DNA of 63,489 nucleotides, the filler included, from Octopus bimaculoides (lineage: Eukaryota): the NCBI RefSeq assembly GCF_001194135.2. It is 5 parts of 5 records of this genome, joined end to end, with 100 filler letters (N's around TTAATTAATTAA, not from the genome) between each part and the next. Parts side by side here need not be neighbours in the genome. Positions count along the whole stretch, not along the records: positions 56,919 to 63,489 come from NC_068988.1; 4 more parts are not named here. One strand, given 5' to 3'. Below are positions 61,897 through 63,489 of the stretch, piece by piece. The notes below the pieces were generated by a model. It was not told the origin of the DNA. It saw nothing but the letters and a program-made list of their open reading frames with translations, and made no database searches. The position numbers and the translations under genes are program-made. Each line of letters opens with the position of its first letter. Position 1 is the stretch's first letter.

Positions 61897-62729
61897 TCGT
61901 CAAGTGGTAAGGTCGGCTTAATTGGCTAATGCGCTAAATTAGTGAACTGATACCCATATTAGGAAAGTACCATTTGTCCGCCGTTAGACTAACGGGTAAT
62001 TTCTATTGTGGTAATAGGAGGAGGAAGAAGAAAAGAAGTGGAAAATGAGTAGTAGTAAGAGCAGAGTTGACAAGCGCCAACCTGGTTAGAGGCACAGGAA
62101 GAATAAATGTAACATCAATAAAAACCAAAAATTGAGACAACTGTTCTATGGAGTTCTTCTGTGAGATACTTCGAGCGGTCAAAGGACCGGGACATCCATA
62201 GATGGAGCCAGGGGCTGTTTGTGTGTAGCAGCGTCACCGTCCTGGATGTAAGAGCTCGCAGTCTTGAACCTCATTTTTACTTTTGCAAAACTTTCATGGA
62301 CTGTGGAGTGCTGAGCATATTCTAAATCTGAATAGAAAAATCATATAATGAAATGCAGTCTTTGTTATTGTTTAGAACGAGAGATAATTTCAAGAACACT
62401 AACACCTAACATTTCGAACAATTGCGAGGGCTATAGTTGCATATTTCATTTGGGGACGAATGCAATTTCTTTGTGATTATGTGTCTAGTATGCACGTATT
62501 GCGGTGCGAAGGTTGCAAGAGAATGCCTCCTATGCGTAGAATGCTAGAGAGAAAAGAGAGATATGAACTAGGTTAAAGTGGGTGTTTTCGGTGGTTGGTG
62601 GTCAGTATGTCATTCACAAATAGGAGTGAGTTTCAGGGATGGTCTCGAAATATGAGTCACGCTAGGGATGAAAGAGTACAGCTCAGAGAGCATTCCTTCG
62701 CCAAACGGGTCAAGATACAACGATCTGAC

Positions 62730-62890
62730 GGGACGCGACTGGTTCTTTTCGTCCTCAGTTCAAATTCCACCGAGTTTGACTTTGCATTTCATCTTTTCGG
62801 GAATCAATGAAGTAACTACCATATGAGCACTAGGGTTGATATGATTGGCTAGACTCCAACTTAAAATTTCAGGTCATGTGCATATTGTAG
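62730..62890 (+). mobile_element. Decayed family A SINE
   Basis: cagttcaaattccaccgagtttgactttgcatttcatcttttcggg..cactagggttgatatgattggct. Confidence 0.6.
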
Positions 62891-63489
62891 AAAGGATTAG
62901 TTACCTATATGTTTACACACAACACGCGCGCGCACAGTCACATACACACGCACACCATACACACACACCATACACACACATGAAAATTCAGAAAAAATTG
63001 TATTACACGTGTATAAGGGATGACCACTAGATGGACATCGAATATGCTAGAAAGAGGTCATCAACGACCCAACCACAAAGAAAAATAATGTTCTCCAGAA
63101 AAATTTCGCAAAACGCCAGGACAGGACAAAATGAGATATATACAAAATAAAGAATTATCTATGGACTGCCGCAATTTCGAACATTAACGTTTTACTTACG
63201 TAACATCTGTGTTCTCTATTTCATACGAGACTAAGTAACATGACGTCAAATTTGGGCAGAATCAGTGTTGCAATTGGAGCGCATGGGTTGGGAGTTTGAT
63301 CGGCAGAGGTGATCAGGTTACACATGCCATCCCTTTGAAAACACCACCGCCATCACCTGACCCCTCTTTGCCCATGGGTTAGGAACCCTCCCAGCAAGGA
63401 AAATAGAATGAACAAAAGGGCTCCCGATTCCTGTGTCAGAAGCGGTTCTGTTCAGATCACAACTAAGACTTAAGTATATATATATATAT

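Noticed and set aside
62130-62220. LRQLFYGVLL*DTSSGQR, possible RTE C-terminal scrap
   Set aside because: Too short to support a call by eye.

Overview
This is AT-rich eukaryotic genomic DNA from a gappy draft assembly (many N runs, four artificial TTAATTAATTAA linkers). The SINE families and the extreme microsatellite load suggest an Octopus species; this is inferred from recalled repeat consensus, not from a search. I find no intact protein-coding gene, rRNA, tRNA gene or CRISPR, and most listed ORFs are translated microsatellites or gaps. The window is a transposon graveyard. It holds R4/Dong-like RLE retrotransposon 3' ends, some ending in (AAT)n and another lineage ending in (CATA)n. It also holds RTE and Tx1/L1 LINE fragments (one RTE with an internal inversion of twin-priming geometry), mariner relics and a Tc1 fragment with DD36E spacing. 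Penelope-like elements are present (GIY-YIG plus inverted pseudo-LTRs) with degenerate hammerhead-ribozyme motifs, along with a MITE and at least four tRNA-derived SINE families, some nested with target-site duplications (TSDs). A heavily decayed protocadherin-like relic may lie at about 56.2-56.7 kb (minus). Several isolated exon-like segments are listed at low confidence. All protein assignments come from manual translation and motif recognition.
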